DNA from: an uncultured Gammaproteobacteria bacterium
GTDB taxonomy: Bacteria; Pseudomonadota; Gammaproteobacteria; GCA-001735895
Reading direction: 5' to 3'
DNA: 64,000 bases
NCBI GenBank assembly: GCA_913061315.1
Contig: CAJXUC010000001.1
Coordinates: 72,197 to 136,196 of the forward strand
Made by a program: the position numbers and the translations under genes. Of this stretch, positions 20,077 to 31,772 are shown piece by piece (the stretch's first letter is position 1; every line of letters begins with the position of its first letter). A model generated the notes under the pieces. That model was not told where the DNA came from. It worked only from the letters and a program-made list of their open reading frames with translations, and did not search any database.

Positions 20077-22671
20077 CTACGCTACGTTTGACGATTCAAG
20101 AAAGTCTTGTGCAAAACGTTGCAACACACCGCCAGCCTCGTAAACCGACACTTCTTCAGCGGTATCAATCCGGCAGATTACGGGTACTTTCAAGCTCTCT
20201 CCGCTACTACGATTAATTATCAGGGTCAATGTTGCTAGCGCTGTGATTTCTCCCGTTACATCAAATGTCTCAGTACCGTCAATATTATATGTTGCTCTAG
20301 TCTCACCGGCTTTAAATTCAATCGGCAATATACCCATACCTACCAGATTAGTTCGGTGAATACGCTCAAAACCTTCAGCCACAATGACCTCTACGCCGGC
20401 GAGTCGAACACCTTTGGCAGCCCAGTCGCGTGAAGAGCCCTGGCCATAGTCAGCCCCCGCAACAATGATTAATGGTTGCTTGCGTTGCATATAGGCTTCA
20501 ATGGCTTCCCACATTCGAGTAACTTTTCCCTCTGGCTCAATACGAGCCAGAGAGCCCTGTTGAGTTTCACCGTCCTTGGTTACCATTTCATTTAATAATT
20601 TTGGATTGGCAAAGGTCGCTCTTTGTGCAGTAAGATGGTCGCCACGATGGGTTGCATAAGAATTAAAGTCTACTTCTGGTAGGCCCATTTTAGTCAGATA
20701 CTCACCAGCAGCACTAGACGCCAATATGGCGTTTGAGGGTGATAAGTGATCTGTTGTAATATTGTCACCAAGCACTGCTAAAGGGCGCATGCCCTTTAAA
20801 TTGCGCTCACCCGCCAAGGCACCTTCCCAATAGGGTGGACGACGAATATAGGTAGTTTGAGGCCGCCAGTCATACAGTGGGTTAACGGATTCGGTGGCAC
20901 TATCAGATCCAGCAAACATAGGAATATAAACTTGCTGATACTGCTCAGGTTTAACGCTAGCCTTGACGACCGCATCAATTTCATCATCATCTGGCCAGAT
21001 ATCTTTCAGTGTGACAGGCTGGTCCTTTTGATCAAAGCCAAGTACATCTTTTTCTATATCAAAGCGAATAGTTCCGGCAATCGCATAGGCGACAACTAGC
21101 GGTGGTGAAGCTAGAAACGCTTGCTTTGCATAGGGATGGATTCGGCCATCAAAATTTCTATTACCGGATAAAACGGCAGTTGCATAGAGGTCTCTATCGA
21201 CTATTTCCTTCTGAATTACAGGATCAAGAGCACCACTCATGCCATTACAAGTAGTACAGGCAAATCCAACAATACCAAATCCAAGTTGTTCTAGTTCTGA
21301 AAGCAAGTTAGCTTCTTGTAAATAAAGTTGAACTGTTTTTGAACCTGGGGCGAGTGACGTCTTGACCCAGGGCTTTCTTAGCAGGCCAAGCTCATTGGCT
21401 TTACGCGCTATCAAACCAGCAGCGATCATATTGCGAGGATTACTGGTATTGGTGCAGCTGGTGATGGCGGCAATGATCACTGCACCATCTGGCATTAAAC
21501 CGGCTTTATTTTCAACTTTACCGGCAATACCGCGGGCAGCAAGTTCAGATGTTGGCACCCTTTTGTGGGGGCTGGATGGCCCAGCGATGTTACGAACTAC
21601 TGAAGATAAATCAAAGGTTAATACACGCTCATACACTGCGTTTTGGAGGTCGTCGGCCCATAAACCACATTGTTTAGCGTAGATCTCTACTAGTTTAACC
21701 TGTTCTGGTTCACGGCCAGTAAGTTTTAAGTAGTCAATGGTTTGCTGGTCTATATAAAACATCCCCGCTGACGCGCCAAATTCTGGGGTCATATTGGATA
21801 TTGTCGCTCGATCACCCAAAGTCAATGCAGCTGCTCCTTCCCCATAAAATTCGAGATAAGTGGATACAACTTTTTGATCTCGTAGAAATTCAGTAATAGC
21901 TAGAACAATATCAGTGGCAGTAATGCCAGGTTGACGTTTACCGGCCAAGTTAACACCGACGATATGTGGCAAACGCATGTGGGAGGCTCGGCCCAGCATA
22001 ACATTCTCTGCTTCAAGTCCACCGACACCAATGGCGAGAACCCCTAAAGCATCAACGTGAGGCGTATGACTATCAGTCCCAACTAAAGTATCAGGGAAGG
22101 CTAAGCCATCTTGTAATTGAATGACAGGAGACATTTTCTCTAAATTAATCTGATGCATGATGCCGTTACCGGGCTGAATGACATCAACATTCTTAAATGC
22201 TTTTTTGGTCCAATTAATGAAGTGAAATCGGTCGTCATTGCGGCGATCTTCAATTGCTCGATTTTTTTCGAATGCATCAGCTTCAAATCCACCATGTTCC
22301 ACAGCCAGTGAGTGATCAACAATTAACTGTGTTGGCACCACGGGATTAACTTGTGACGGGTCACCTCCTTGTTCGGCAATAGCATCACGCAAACCAGCGA
22401 GATCAACCAGTGCTGTTTGACCCAAAATATCATGACACACTACCCGCGCGGGATACCAAGGGAAGTCTAAATCCCGCTTACGGTAAATGAGTTGCCCTAG
22501 CGAGGCATTTAGCAAAGCTGGATCGCACCGTCGTACCAAGTTTTCGGCCAACACTTTTGAGGTATAAGGCAGGTGCTCATAAGCCCCGGGCTCAATAGCA
22601 TTGATGGCTAAACGTGCATCGAAATAATCAAATTGTGTGCCCACTAATGGTTTGCGAAAATCTGTATTCAT
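20077..22671 (-). CDS. acnD: Fe/S-dependent 2-methylisocitrate dehydratase
   Basis: PARVVCHDILGQTALVDLAGLRD, AAITSCTNTSNP and GSSRDWAAKG; lies between prpC and prpF. Confidence 0.96.
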   Translation of the reverse strand: MNTDFRKPLVGTQFDYFDARLAINAIEPGAYEHLPYTSKVLAENLVRRCDPALLNASLGQLIYRKRDLDFPWYPARVVCHDILGQTALVDLAGLRDAIAEQGGDPSQVNPVVPTQLIVDHSLAVEHGGFEADAFEKNRAIEDRRNDDRFHFINWTKKAFKNVDVIQPGNGIMHQINLEKMSPVIQLQDGLAFPDTLVGTDSHTPHVDALGVLAIGVGGLEAENVMLGRASHMRLPHIVGVNLAGKRQPGITATDIVLAITEFLRDQKVVSTYLEFYGEGAAALTLGDRATISNMTPEFGASAGMFYIDQQTIDYLKLTGREPEQVKLVEIYAKQCGLWADDLQNAVYERVLTFDLSSVVRNIAGPSSPHKRVPTSELAARGIAGKVENKAGLMPDGAVIIAAITSCTNTSNPRNMIAAGLIARKANELGLLRKPWVKTSLAPGSKTVQLYLQEANLLSELEQLGFGIVGFACTTCNGMSGALDPVIQKEIVDRDLYATAVLSGNRNFDGRIHPYAKQAFLASPPLVVAYAIAGTIRFDIEKDVLGFDQKDQPVTLKDIWPDDDEIDAVVKASVKPEQYQQVYIPMFAGSDSATESVNPLYDWRPQTTYIRRPPYWEGALAGERNLKGMRPLAVLGDNITTDHLSPSNAILASSAAGEYLTKMGLPEVDFNSYATHRGDHLTAQRATFANPKLLNEMVTKDGETQQGSLARIEPEGKVTRMWEAIEAYMQRKQPLIIVAGADYGQGSSRDWAAKGVRLAGVEVIVAEGFERIHRTNLVGMGILPIEFKAGETRATYNIDGTETFDVTGEITALATLTLIINRSSGESLKVPVICRIDTAEEVSVYEAGGVLQRFAQDFLESSNVA

Positions 22672-22690
22672 GTCATGCCCCTATAGCCAT

Positions 22691-23839
22691 TTAGGTTCGA
22701 TCTTTTATTGCTAAAAAATCTAAATTTTCTGGCCCAGTATAGTTTGCAGATGGACGGATGATTTTGCCATCTTGCCGCTGTTCGATGACATGTGCACCCC
22801 AGCCCGAAGTTCGAGCAATGACAAACAGTGGTGTAAACATATCAATAGGAATCCCCATCTGGTCATAAGATACTGCAGAAAACCAGTCCAGGTTGGGAAA
22901 CATTTTTTTCATTTCCCACATAGTACTTTCAAGCCTCTCAGCGACGTCGTACATCAATATAGAGTCATTTTCTGTCGAAAGTTTTTTGGCTACCTTTTTA
23001 ATCACTTCGTTGCGTGGATCACTCACGGTGTAAACCGGATGACCAAAGCCAATAACAATTTCTTTTTTGGCAACCCGCTCACGAATATCGGTTTCTGCTT
23101 CATCGGCTGAGCTATACCTCGATTGAATTTCAAACGCAACTTCGTTTGCACCACCATGTTTAGGCCCGCGCAAAGCCCCAATACCACCCGTAATGGCAGA
23201 ATACATATCTGAGCCGGTACCAGCGATGACACGGCTGGCAAAAGTGGAGGCGTTGAACTCGTGCTCTGCATATAAAATGAGTGAAATATGCATGGCCTTG
23301 ACCCAAGACTCTGGTGCTGGTTTGCCGTGCAGCAAGTGTAGGAAATGACCACCGATTGAATCATCATCAGTATTCAAGTCGATACGTTTTTTGTTATTGG
23401 AAAAGTGATACCAATAAACCAACATCGAACCAAAGCACGCCATTAGACGATCGATAATATCTCGTGCTGCGGCTTCGTTCTGATTGGACGACTCAGGAGC
23501 TTGACAACCCAGTGCAGAACAACCGGTTCGCATTACATCCATTGGGTGCGTGCTGGCAGGTAATTGTTCGAGAACAGTTTTCACCGATTGTGGTAGATCG
23601 CGCAACAATTTCAGCTTGACTTTGTAGGATGCTAGTTCAGATTGGGTCGGTAATTTTTCATGTACGATTAAATGGGCGACTTCTTCAAACTCACATGTTT
23701 CAGCAATATCGAGTATGTCAAAGCCACGGTAGTGCAAATCATTGCCGGTCCGACCCACGGTACAAATTGCTGTATTACCAGCAACTGTGCCAGATAGCGC
23801 TACCGATTTTTTAGGTTTAAATCCGGGTGCATTACTCAT
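22691..23839 (-). CDS. prpC: 2-methylcitrate synthase
   Basis: [28 protein letters not shown] and GFGHPVY motifs. Confidence 0.96.
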   Translation of the reverse strand: MSNAPGFKPKKSVALSGTVAGNTAICTVGRTGNDLHYRGFDILDIAETCEFEEVAHLIVHEKLPTQSELASYKVKLKLLRDLPQSVKTVLEQLPASTHPMDVMRTGCSALGCQAPESSNQNEAAARDIIDRLMACFGSMLVYWYHFSNNKKRIDLNTDDDSIGGHFLHLLHGKPAPESWVKAMHISLILYAEHEFNASTFASRVIAGTGSDMYSAITGGIGALRGPKHGGANEVAFEIQSRYSSADEAETDIRERVAKKEIVIGFGHPVYTVSDPRNEVIKKVAKKLSTENDSILMYDVAERLESTMWEMKKMFPNLDWFSAVSYDQMGIPIDMFTPLFVIARTSGWGAHVIEQRQDGKIIRPSANYTGPENLDFLAIKDRT

Positions 23840-23876
23840 AATTTCTCCTTGTTGATTCCCTATATAAAATATTATT

Positions 23877-24785
23877 TTAGTCAGAAAAAAGCTGATCTAA
23901 AGTTTTTTCATACTGGTGATAGTCAAGAAAATCGTATAACTCCATACGGGTTTGCATGCTATCAACTACGTTTTGTTGGCTACCATCAGCCAGTATGCTT
24001 TGGTATACCTTCAGAGCAGCTAGGCTCATTGCTCGAAAGGCACTCAGTGGATAAAGCGATAATTTGACACCCACTGATGCCAACTGTTCACTGTCAAAAA
24101 GTGGCGTTGCACCAAATTCAGTAATATTGGCTAAAACGGGCACACTCACCATTTGGGTCACCTGCTGGTATTGTTCTAGCTCGTTAATCGCTTCAGGGAA
24201 TATCATGTCGGCACCAGCCTCAACACAGGCCGCAATTCTATCCAACGCCGAGTTCATGCCTTCAACGGCGAGTGCATCAGTTCGAGCCATGATAACAAAG
24301 CTATCATCAGTTCTAGCATCAACTGCAGCCTTCACTCTATCAACCATTTCAGCTTGCGTGACAATGGCTTTATTGGGTCGGTGACCACAGCGTTTTTGCA
24401 TGATTTGATCTTCAATATGAATGCCAGCTACGTTGACACGAGTCATTTCACGAACACAGCGTGCAATGTTAAAAGCGCCTCCCCAGCCGGTATCTGCATC
24501 GACTAATAACGGTAACGAACTTGCATCAGTAATTCGACGAGCGTCTTCAAGGACATCGTGAAGTGCCGAAATACCCAGATCAGGTGTGCCAAGTGAGCTA
24601 GCAGCAACCCCACCACCTGACAAATAAATAGCTTTATGCCCGCATTTTTCAGCCATGATCGCGCTATAGGCATTGACCGTTCCAACCACCTGGAGCGGAC
24701 TGTTTTGTTCGACTGCCAGGCGAAGTTTATCGCCAGATGAGGCGTGTGTGTTTGATATCGTTTGATTCGTAGTAGGACTAGTCAT
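23877..24785 (-). CDS. prpB: 2-methylisocitrate lyase
   Basis: KRCGHRP signature, IEDQ, ARTDA and ANITEFG. Confidence 0.96.
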   Translation of the reverse strand: MTSPTTNQTISNTHASSGDKLRLAVEQNSPLQVVGTVNAYSAIMAEKCGHKAIYLSGGGVAASSLGTPDLGISALHDVLEDARRITDASSLPLLVDADTGWGGAFNIARCVREMTRVNVAGIHIEDQIMQKRCGHRPNKAIVTQAEMVDRVKAAVDARTDDSFVIMARTDALAVEGMNSALDRIAACVEAGADMIFPEAINELEQYQQVTQMVSVPVLANITEFGATPLFDSEQLASVGVKLSLYPLSAFRAMSLAALKVYQSILADGSQQNVVDSMQTRMELYDFLDYHQYEKTLDQLFSD

Positions 24786-25476
24786 TTTGTAACTCCAGTA
24801 TTGTCTTAACAATTTTCCATGCACCGCTTATATGGCGACGCATTAATAATTCAGCAAGTTCTTCGTCACGCTGTTCGATTGCAAAGGCAATTTGACGGTG
24901 TTGTGCAAGTGCCTTTGCAGGTCGAGTCGGTTGTTGACCTGACTGATAACGACACATGCGAATGAGTTGATAGAGCTCACCGTTTAAATTTTCCAAAATC
25001 CACTGATTTTGACTGGCACTGGCAATGCGGTGATGAAAGTCAATATTACCCTCTTCCTGAAGATAGGTTTTACCGTCAGATTCTGAAATAACTTGCTCAT
25101 GCGTGTCGAGAAGATTTTGCAGTGACACAATGGCCTCGTCACTCATATGCCTCGCAGCTAACCGAGCGGCCATACCTTCAAGCGCTTCACGTGCGGTGTA
25201 AATGTCATGCATGGTTTTGATGTCGAGCGTTACAACTCTTGATCCAGCATGAGGGACGCGTAGAATCAGTTTCATTTGCTCAAGGCGGTGGATCGCTTCG
25301 CGTAAAGGACCCCGACTAATACCATATTTGAATGCCAGTTCTGATTCTACTATTTTGCTACCTTGACTCAGTTCTCCCCGGATAATTTCCGCTTTAATGG
25401 ACTCATAGACCTTACCAGCCAAGGTTTTTGTCTGTGTCAGAGTGCCCTCGAGTTCTTTTTGACTGACTTCATTCAT
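24778..25476 (-). CDS. prpR: GntR/FadR-family regulator of the methylcitrate operon
   Basis: [10 protein letters not shown] wHTH plus FCD domain; first gene of the prp operon. Confidence 0.85.
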   Translation of the reverse strand: MNEVSQKELEGTLTQTKTLAGKVYESIKAEIIRGELSQGSKIVESELAFKYGISRGPLREAIHRLEQMKLILRVPHAGSRVVTLDIKTMHDIYTAREALEGMAARLAARHMSDEAIVSLQNLLDTHEQVISESDGKTYLQEEGNIDFHHRIASASQNQWILENLNGELYQLIRMCRYQSGQQPTRPAKALAQHRQIAFAIEQRDEELAELLMRRHISGAWKIVKTILELQND

Positions 25477-25479
25477 ATA

Positions 25480-25554
25480 ATTGTTAACAATAAAGGGAAA
25501 AATAGTAAATTTTTCGGGCTATTCTGCTCTGATAACCCAATAATTGTCAACAAT
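25480..25554. promoter_or_regulatory. Two PrpR(GntR)-type operators: ATTGTTAACAAT (25480-25491) and ATTGTCAACAAT (25543-25554)
   Basis: Palindromes close to the ATTGTCGACAAT consensus known for GntR-type PrpR in gammaproteobacteria; 63 nt apart. Confidence 0.8.
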
Positions 25555-25819
25555 AAAGAATTTGAGATTATTGTATCCCATATCCTATAGTCAATGGGTA
25601 AGGCGTCAATGCCAATCTGCAGGGTTTAATCCTGAGGATTGCATTATTTAATACTAGTCGTGATAACTACGTAAGGAATCAGATAATAAGGTATATTGCC
25701 GCTCTGCCATAAAATAGTAGGGTAAACACCCAGATCTTATATTCAAATCAATAGTCAGATACTAAGCCAATTTTCACAATATAGATTTTATCACTATCCG
25801 GACCAGAGAGAAGATATTC

Positions 25820-27121
25820 ATGTCAACCGTAACTATCATCGACGACGAAACCGGCAAAAAAGTACAAATGCCATTGTTAACTCCCACCAGTGGTCCAAAA
25901 ACAATCGACATCAGCATGCTATACAAAGAGTTAGGTTATTTCACTTACGATCCTGGGTTCATGTCGACCGCTAGTTGCTCAAGTGCTATTACCTTTCTTG
26001 ATGGTGAACAAGGCATTCTGCAATATCGTGGATATCCAATTGAGCAATTGGCAGAACATAGCAATTATTTAGAGGTTTGTTATTTACTATTGAATAACAA
26101 GCTACCAAATCGCTTAGAACTGACAGAGTTTGAAGTCGACATCACCAACCATACGATGCTCCATGAAGCATTAAAGAGCTTTTTTAGTGGTTTTCGTCGA
26201 GACGCCCATCCGATGGCTATTATGGTCGGTGTTGTAGGCGCATTAGCTGCTTTTTATCACGACCACATGGACATCAAAAATCCTGAGCATCGTAAGATTA
26301 CTGCTCACCGCTTGCTGGCAAAAATGCCAACCATTGCTGCTTGGAGTTATCGTTTTGCGACGGGTAAGCCTTTTGTTTATCCTCGCAACGATCTGAACTA
26401 TACCGAGAACTTCTTGCATATGATGTTCTCTATGCCAAGCAACGATTACAAACCAAGCTCGCTATTAGCTAAAGCGCTTGATTTAATCCTTATTCTGCAT
26501 GCCGATCATGAGCAAAATGCATCGACGTCTACTGTCCGTTTAGCTGGCAGCTCTGATGCCAATCCATTTGCAGCCGTTGCTGCGGGTGTTGCCACCCTTT
26601 GGGGTCCTGCGCATGGTGGTGCAAACGAAGCAGTAATTCGGATGTTAATTGATATTAATGAATCAGGTAAGCCTTTGCAGTTATTCATTGATCGTGCAAA
26701 AGATAAGAACGATGATTTTCGACTGATGGGTTTTGGTCATCGTGTTTACAAAAATCACGATCCGCGCGCCACCCTTATCCGTGAGATCTGTCACAAATTG
26801 CTCAACGAAATGGAAACAACCGGTGAACAGCAAAAAATGCTTGAAACCGCAATGGCTTTAGAAAAGGTAGCCTTAGAGGACGAATATTTCATCACCCGTA
26901 ACCTCTATCCAAATGTTGATTTTTATTCGGGTATTATTTTCCTTGCGATGGGTATCCCAATGAACATGTTCACAGTTATGTTTGCAATGGCCCGAACGGT
27001 GGGCTGGGTTGCGCAATGGAACGAAATGATATCTGAGCCAGGTTATAAAATTGGTCGACCAAGACAGCTTTATACCGGTCCAATTGATCTAAAATACGAT
27101 TCTATTGATAAACGCAGTTAA
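25820..27121 (+). CDS. gltA: Citrate synthase (type II)
   Basis: [34 protein letters not shown] and YPNVDFYSG motifs. Confidence 0.97.
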   Translation: MSTVTIIDDETGKKVQMPLLTPTSGPKTIDISMLYKELGYFTYDPGFMSTASCSSAITFLDGEQGILQYRGYPIEQLAEHSNYLEVCYLLLNNKLPNRLELTEFEVDITNHTMLHEALKSFFSGFRRDAHPMAIMVGVVGALAAFYHDHMDIKNPEHRKITAHRLLAKMPTIAAWSYRFATGKPFVYPRNDLNYTENFLHMMFSMPSNDYKPSSLLAKALDLILILHADHEQNASTSTVRLAGSSDANPFAAVAAGVATLWGPAHGGANEAVIRMLIDINESGKPLQLFIDRAKDKNDDFRLMGFGHRVYKNHDPRATLIREICHKLLNEMETTGEQQKMLETAMALEKVALEDEYFITRNLYPNVDFYSGIIFLAMGIPMNMFTVMFAMARTVGWVAQWNEMISEPGYKIGRPRQLYTGPIDLKYDSIDKRS

Positions 27122-27198
27122 GCCCTAAGCTATTCATAAGTGATTTATACGTCCGATTGCTAAACCCAATAGGCCGCCTACACAGTAGAGAAAAAATT

Positions 27199-29778
27199 AT
27201 GTTACAGATATACCGAGACCACACCGCTGAGCGCGCTTTAGAGGGTATTCCTCCGAAGCCCCTAAGTGCACAACAAACAGCTGATTTAATAGAGCTCTTT
27301 AAAGCACCCGCTGCCGGTGAAGAAAACTATATGCTGGAATTGTTAACCCAGCATGTGCCGGCAGGTGTTGATGAAGCTGCTTATGTTAAAGCAGGCTTCC
27401 TAGCTGCAATTAGTTCAGGTGAGACGACTTCACCATTAATTGATCCTGTAAAAGCAATCGAAATCTTAGGCTCTATGTTAGGTGGCTACAATATCCAGCC
27501 ACTGATTGCTGGTCTAGATAATGAAGCAACAGGCGTCGCAGCTGTAAAGGCGCTTTCACATACACTGCTTATGTTTGATGCCTTCTATGATGTAAAGGAA
27601 AAAGCAGATGCTGGAAATACTTACGCGAAGCAAGCTGTCGAGTCTTGGGCCAACGCCGAGTGGTTCACCAGCAAGCCATCACTAGAGAACAAGGTAACCG
27701 TCACAATATTTAAGGTACCGGGCGAAACCAATACCGATGACTTATCCCCCGCACAAGATGCTTGGTCGCGTCCAGATATTCCGTTACACGGCAATGCCAT
27801 GTTAAAAATTGTCCGTGAAGGTGTCGCTGAAAACCCATTAGAGACAATCAAAAAATTAAAGGAAAAAGGTTTTCCAGTCGCTTATGTTGGTGACGTTGTT
27901 GGCACTGGTTCTTCGCGTAAATCAGCCACTAACTCAGTACTTTGGCACATGGGCCAAGATATCCCTTTTATTCCTAATAAGCGCAACGGTGGTTATTGTT
28001 TCGGTACTAAAATTGCACCTATTTTCTTCAATACAATGGAGGACGCCGGCGCATTACCGATCGAAATGGACGTTTCAGAAATGGAAACTGGCGATATTAT
28101 CGACGTCTATCCTTTTGCCGGAAAAGCCACCAAACATGGTAGCGAGGAAGTCATCGCAACTTTTGAACTCAGCACCAACGTTTTAAAAGACGAAGTTCAA
28201 GCCAATGGTCGTATTCCTCTGATTATTGGTCGTGGTCTCACTGGTCGAGCGCGCGAATCTCTAGGCTTACCTGTCAGTGATGTATTTGAAGTGCCTGAAG
28301 CCAAAGAAGACAGTGGCAAGGGGTTTACTCTTGCTCAAAAAATGGTGGGTAAAGCGTGTGGCGTTACGGGTGTTCGTCCCAACATGTATTGTGAACCCAA
28401 GATGACTACGGTTGGCTCACAAGACACAACGGGGCCGATGACGCGAGACGAGCTGAAAGATCTAGCCTGCCTAGGTTTCTCTGCCGACCTAGTGATGCAG
28501 TCTTTTTGTCATACAGCCCCTTATCCTAAACCCGTTGATGTGATTACCCATCACACGTTGCCAGATTTTATCCAGACTCGTGGTGGCGTGTCGCTGCGGC
28601 CGGGAGACGGCGTCATTCACTCGTGGATGAATCGCATGTTACTCCCCGATACGGTCGGTACTGGAGGTGATTCACACACCCGTTTCCCAATCGGTATTTC
28701 TTTCCCTGCGGGTTCTGGTTTAGTAGCATTCGCTGCTGCAACCGGTGTTATGCCACTGGATATGCCTGAATCAGTTTTAGTTCGTTTTAAAGGCGAAATG
28801 CAGCCAGGTATTACATTACGTGACTTGGTAAACGCGATTCCATACTCAGCCATTCAACGTGGACTGTTAACGGTCGAAAAGAAAGGTAAAAAGAATGTTT
28901 TCTCTGGTCGTGTCCTCGAAATTGAAGGCTTACCCAAGCTCAAAGTTGAGCAAGCATTTGAGCTATCAGACGCCTCTGCAGAGCGATCAGCCTCGGGTTG
29001 TAGCGTTAAACTAGATAAAGAGCCCATCATCGAATATATGAACTCAAACATCACCATGTTTAAGTGGATGATTTATGAAGGTTATGGTGACGTGCGTACC
29101 ATCAAGCGCCGCATTGAAGAAATGGAAGCCTGGTTGGCAAATCCGATATTAATGGAAGCTGACAGTGATGCTGAATATGCTGAAATTATTGAGATTGATC
29201 TCAACGAAATCAAGGAGCCTTTGCTGGCTTGTCCGAACGATCCTGATGATGTTAAGACTCTGTCGGACGTTGCGGGGACTAAAATAGATGAAGTCTTTAT
29301 TGGTTCTTGCATGACTAATATTGGTCATTTTCGCGCAGCGGGTAAATTGCTCGAGAAATTAGAAGGCCCGGTGGCAACTCGACTCTGGATTGCACCACCT
29401 ACCAAAATGGACGAAGCGCAGTTAACTGCTGAAGGTTATTATAATATCTTTGGTCGCACTGGAGCTCGTACTGAAATGCCCGGCTGTTCACTGTGTATGG
29501 GTAATCAGGCTCGAGTTGCAGCCAACAGCACAGTGGTTTCGACTTCAACTCGAAATTTTCCCAATCGCTTGGGCGCTGGAGCTGATGTCTACTTGGCGTC
29601 AGCAGAGTTGTCGGCTGTTGCGTCCATTATGGGCAAAATTCCAACCATGGAAGAGTATATGGTTTACGCAAATGATATTAATACGATGGCTGAAGACGTT
29701 TATCGTTATCTCAACTTTAACGAAATGGACAGTTACATGACGGCAGCAGAAAGTGCTTTTCCAGTGGCCGTTGTTTAG
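27199..29778 (+). CDS. acnB: Aconitate hydratase B / 2-methylisocitrate dehydratase
   Basis: [41 protein letters not shown] and [10 protein letters not shown] motifs. Confidence 0.97.
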   Translation: MLQIYRDHTAERALEGIPPKPLSAQQTADLIELFKAPAAGEENYMLELLTQHVPAGVDEAAYVKAGFLAAISSGETTSPLIDPVKAIEILGSMLGGYNIQPLIAGLDNEATGVAAVKALSHTLLMFDAFYDVKEKADAGNTYAKQAVESWANAEWFTSKPSLENKVTVTIFKVPGETNTDDLSPAQDAWSRPDIPLHGNAMLKIVREGVAENPLETIKKLKEKGFPVAYVGDVVGTGSSRKSATNSVLWHMGQDIPFIPNKRNGGYCFGTKIAPIFFNTMEDAGALPIEMDVSEMETGDIIDVYPFAGKATKHGSEEVIATFELSTNVLKDEVQANGRIPLIIGRGLTGRARESLGLPVSDVFEVPEAKEDSGKGFTLAQKMVGKACGVTGVRPNMYCEPKMTTVGSQDTTGPMTRDELKDLACLGFSADLVMQSFCHTAPYPKPVDVITHHTLPDFIQTRGGVSLRPGDGVIHSWMNRMLLPDTVGTGGDSHTRFPIGISFPAGSGLVAFAAATGVMPLDMPESVLVRFKGEMQPGITLRDLVNAIPYSAIQRGLLTVEKKGKKNVFSGRVLEIEGLPKLKVEQAFELSDASAERSASGCSVKLDKEPIIEYMNSNITMFKWMIYEGYGDVRTIKRRIEEMEAWLANPILMEADSDAEYAEIIEIDLNEIKEPLLACPNDPDDVKTLSDVAGTKIDEVFIGSCMTNIGHFRAAGKLLEKLEGPVATRLWIAPPTKMDEAQLTAEGYYNIFGRTGARTEMPGCSLCMGNQARVAANSTVVSTSTRNFPNRLGAGADVYLASAELSAVASIMGKIPTMEEYMVYANDINTMAEDVYRYLNFNEMDSYMTAAESAFPVAVV

Positions 29779-29804
29779 ACGTCAAGTTTAAATGGTTAAA
29801 AACG

Positions 29805-29832
29805 AAAGGCGTTCATTGAGCGCCTTTTGTTT
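29805..29832 (+). terminator. Intrinsic terminator after acnB
   Basis: AAAGGCGTTC-att-GAGCGCCTTT followed by a T-rich tail. Confidence 0.8.
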
Positions 29833-30539
29833 AACGGCAGTTAAAACAATAAATCAAGATCGTTACTGATGGTAAAGCAGGTTGGAAGGGCGCATCGGTG
29901 ACATGGCGCCTCTTTTAACCAATCCTTCAGAAAAGTCTTTAATGATGCACAAACTGGTACGCATGATTTGTAAGCTATATCCGCTAAAGAATAAAAACGG
30001 AAAGAAGTCTGGATGTAATTAACCATCGAATATGTATGTTTTCATTTTAGTGATTAAACTTTCTACACCTGAATTAGTTGGCCAACCTATATAATCAAAT
30101 CAATTTTAAATTCAGTTAAGCCAATTCAATTCGACCTAGCATTTCTACTGAAAATTTTATTCTAAGGCTAGACTCAGTGATTTTAACTTTTACTTAAAAT
30201 CGGTTAAATTAAAACAACACTCAGTCACATAACGAAACCTTCGAACTAGGCGTGCAACATAGTGCTGAGGGAACAAAAGGGTAGTCGTTTGTATCGCTAA
30301 TGAAACCATTGATGCCATTACACCTATTATCTGGTCGTAGAACATTATTTAAGTCATAGGTACAGCTGATGAAGTAACAGTGGGAAAGATTAATATAAAA
30401 GATGAAACTAATGATGGGCCTCAATTCTCAATAGGCAGTTTCAAATAATTTGGTTATGATTGAAAGTAGTCTTAAAGGTAAACACTGTTTCATACAGGCT
30501 AAATTGGTTTTATATTTGACCAATCAAAGCTGAAGGTAG

Positions 30540-31613
30540 ATGTTTCCTTACTATCAGGTGGATAATATTCATTTTATGACAAAACCCGCTCGCTCAAAGC
30601 TGACCCTCCGTGGAGAAAGAGTCACCATTGACTCAAATGAAGCCATTGATATAGTCAGTGCTATCTTTGAGAAAATTGGTTGCAATAAAAGAACGGCTCG
30701 TACCGTAGCTGAGCATCTGGCTGATACCAGCCTATGTGGGATGGAAAGCCATGGGCTGATGCGTACTCTTCAATACACTGAACAATTTCAGAACGGTTAT
30801 ATGGATCCATTTGCAGTACCCCGTATTGTCACGACACTGAGGGGTGCGCAAGAGGTTGATGGTTTTGGTGGCATCGGTATTCCAGCCATGAGTCTGGCCT
30901 ACCGACATGGCATGAAGATTGCCAAAAAAGCTGGAATATCTGCATTGGCGGTACGTAACGTTGGTCATACTGGTCGGCATGGTGCCTTTGCTGATGAAGC
31001 TGCAGAAGAGGGATTTTTAACCTTGTGTACTGGCGGAGGAAATCGAGAGATCTGGCGACAGGTTGCACCTCATGGTGGCGCAAAAGCCCTCCTGCCAACA
31101 AATCCCTGGTGTGCTGGTATTCCAGGAGGTGAGCAGGGTTCAGTGGTAATGGATTTTGCCACATCGAAAATCGCCGGAGGTTGGATTTATGCGGCACAAA
31201 GTGCTAACGCACTGTTACCGGAGGATTGTATCATTGATGCTAAAGGTAACCCCACACGAGAACCTGCGGACTATTTTAATGGAGGGGCGATTCTGCCTGC
31301 CGGTGAGCACAAAGGTTACGCACTGGCACTAATGGGTGAGTTAATCGGTGAAGCTATGCTTGGCCCATCAACAACAGAATGCAATTGGATATTGATTACA
31401 ATTGATACCAAGCGCTTTCGAGAACCCTCTGCGATGCGTTGCGTTGCTGAGGGATTGCTTGAAGAGTTACGCCAGTGTCCACCAGCATCAGGCTTTGAAC
31501 GAGTTGAAATCCCGGGAGAACGTGAGCGTGAATATCGAACCCAATCCAACGGAGCCATCTCCATACCAGAAGATACTTGGCAGCAGATTCTGGCGCTGCA
31601 GACAGCCCTGTAG
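30540..31613 (+). CDS. Ldh_2 family (malate/L-lactate/sulfolactate/ureidoglycolate dehydrogenase-like) oxidoreductase
   Basis: GMESHG, NVGHTGR, TNP, DFATS, HKGYALA and RVEIPGERE motifs. Confidence 0.88.
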   Translation: MFPYYQVDNIHFMTKPARSKLTLRGERVTIDSNEAIDIVSAIFEKIGCNKRTARTVAEHLADTSLCGMESHGLMRTLQYTEQFQNGYMDPFAVPRIVTTLRGAQEVDGFGGIGIPAMSLAYRHGMKIAKKAGISALAVRNVGHTGRHGAFADEAAEEGFLTLCTGGGNREIWRQVAPHGGAKALLPTNPWCAGIPGGEQGSVVMDFATSKIAGGWIYAAQSANALLPEDCIIDAKGNPTREPADYFNGGAILPAGEHKGYALALMGELIGEAMLGPSTTECNWILITIDTKRFREPSAMRCVAEGLLEELRQCPPASGFERVEIPGEREREYRTQSNGAISIPEDTWQQILALQTAL

Positions 31614-31772
31614 CAAAACAAGGTGGGGTAATGGAGTCGCTATATTGCAAATAGCGATTAACAAATGGCTGAAAGTCAGGTTAACAGCGTGTGAAAGATT
31701 TTTTTAATGAGTTTATGTCTAAAAAAGTGAAGCAATTCTCGGTGCTGAAATTGCTGTTGGCCGATTAGGTTT

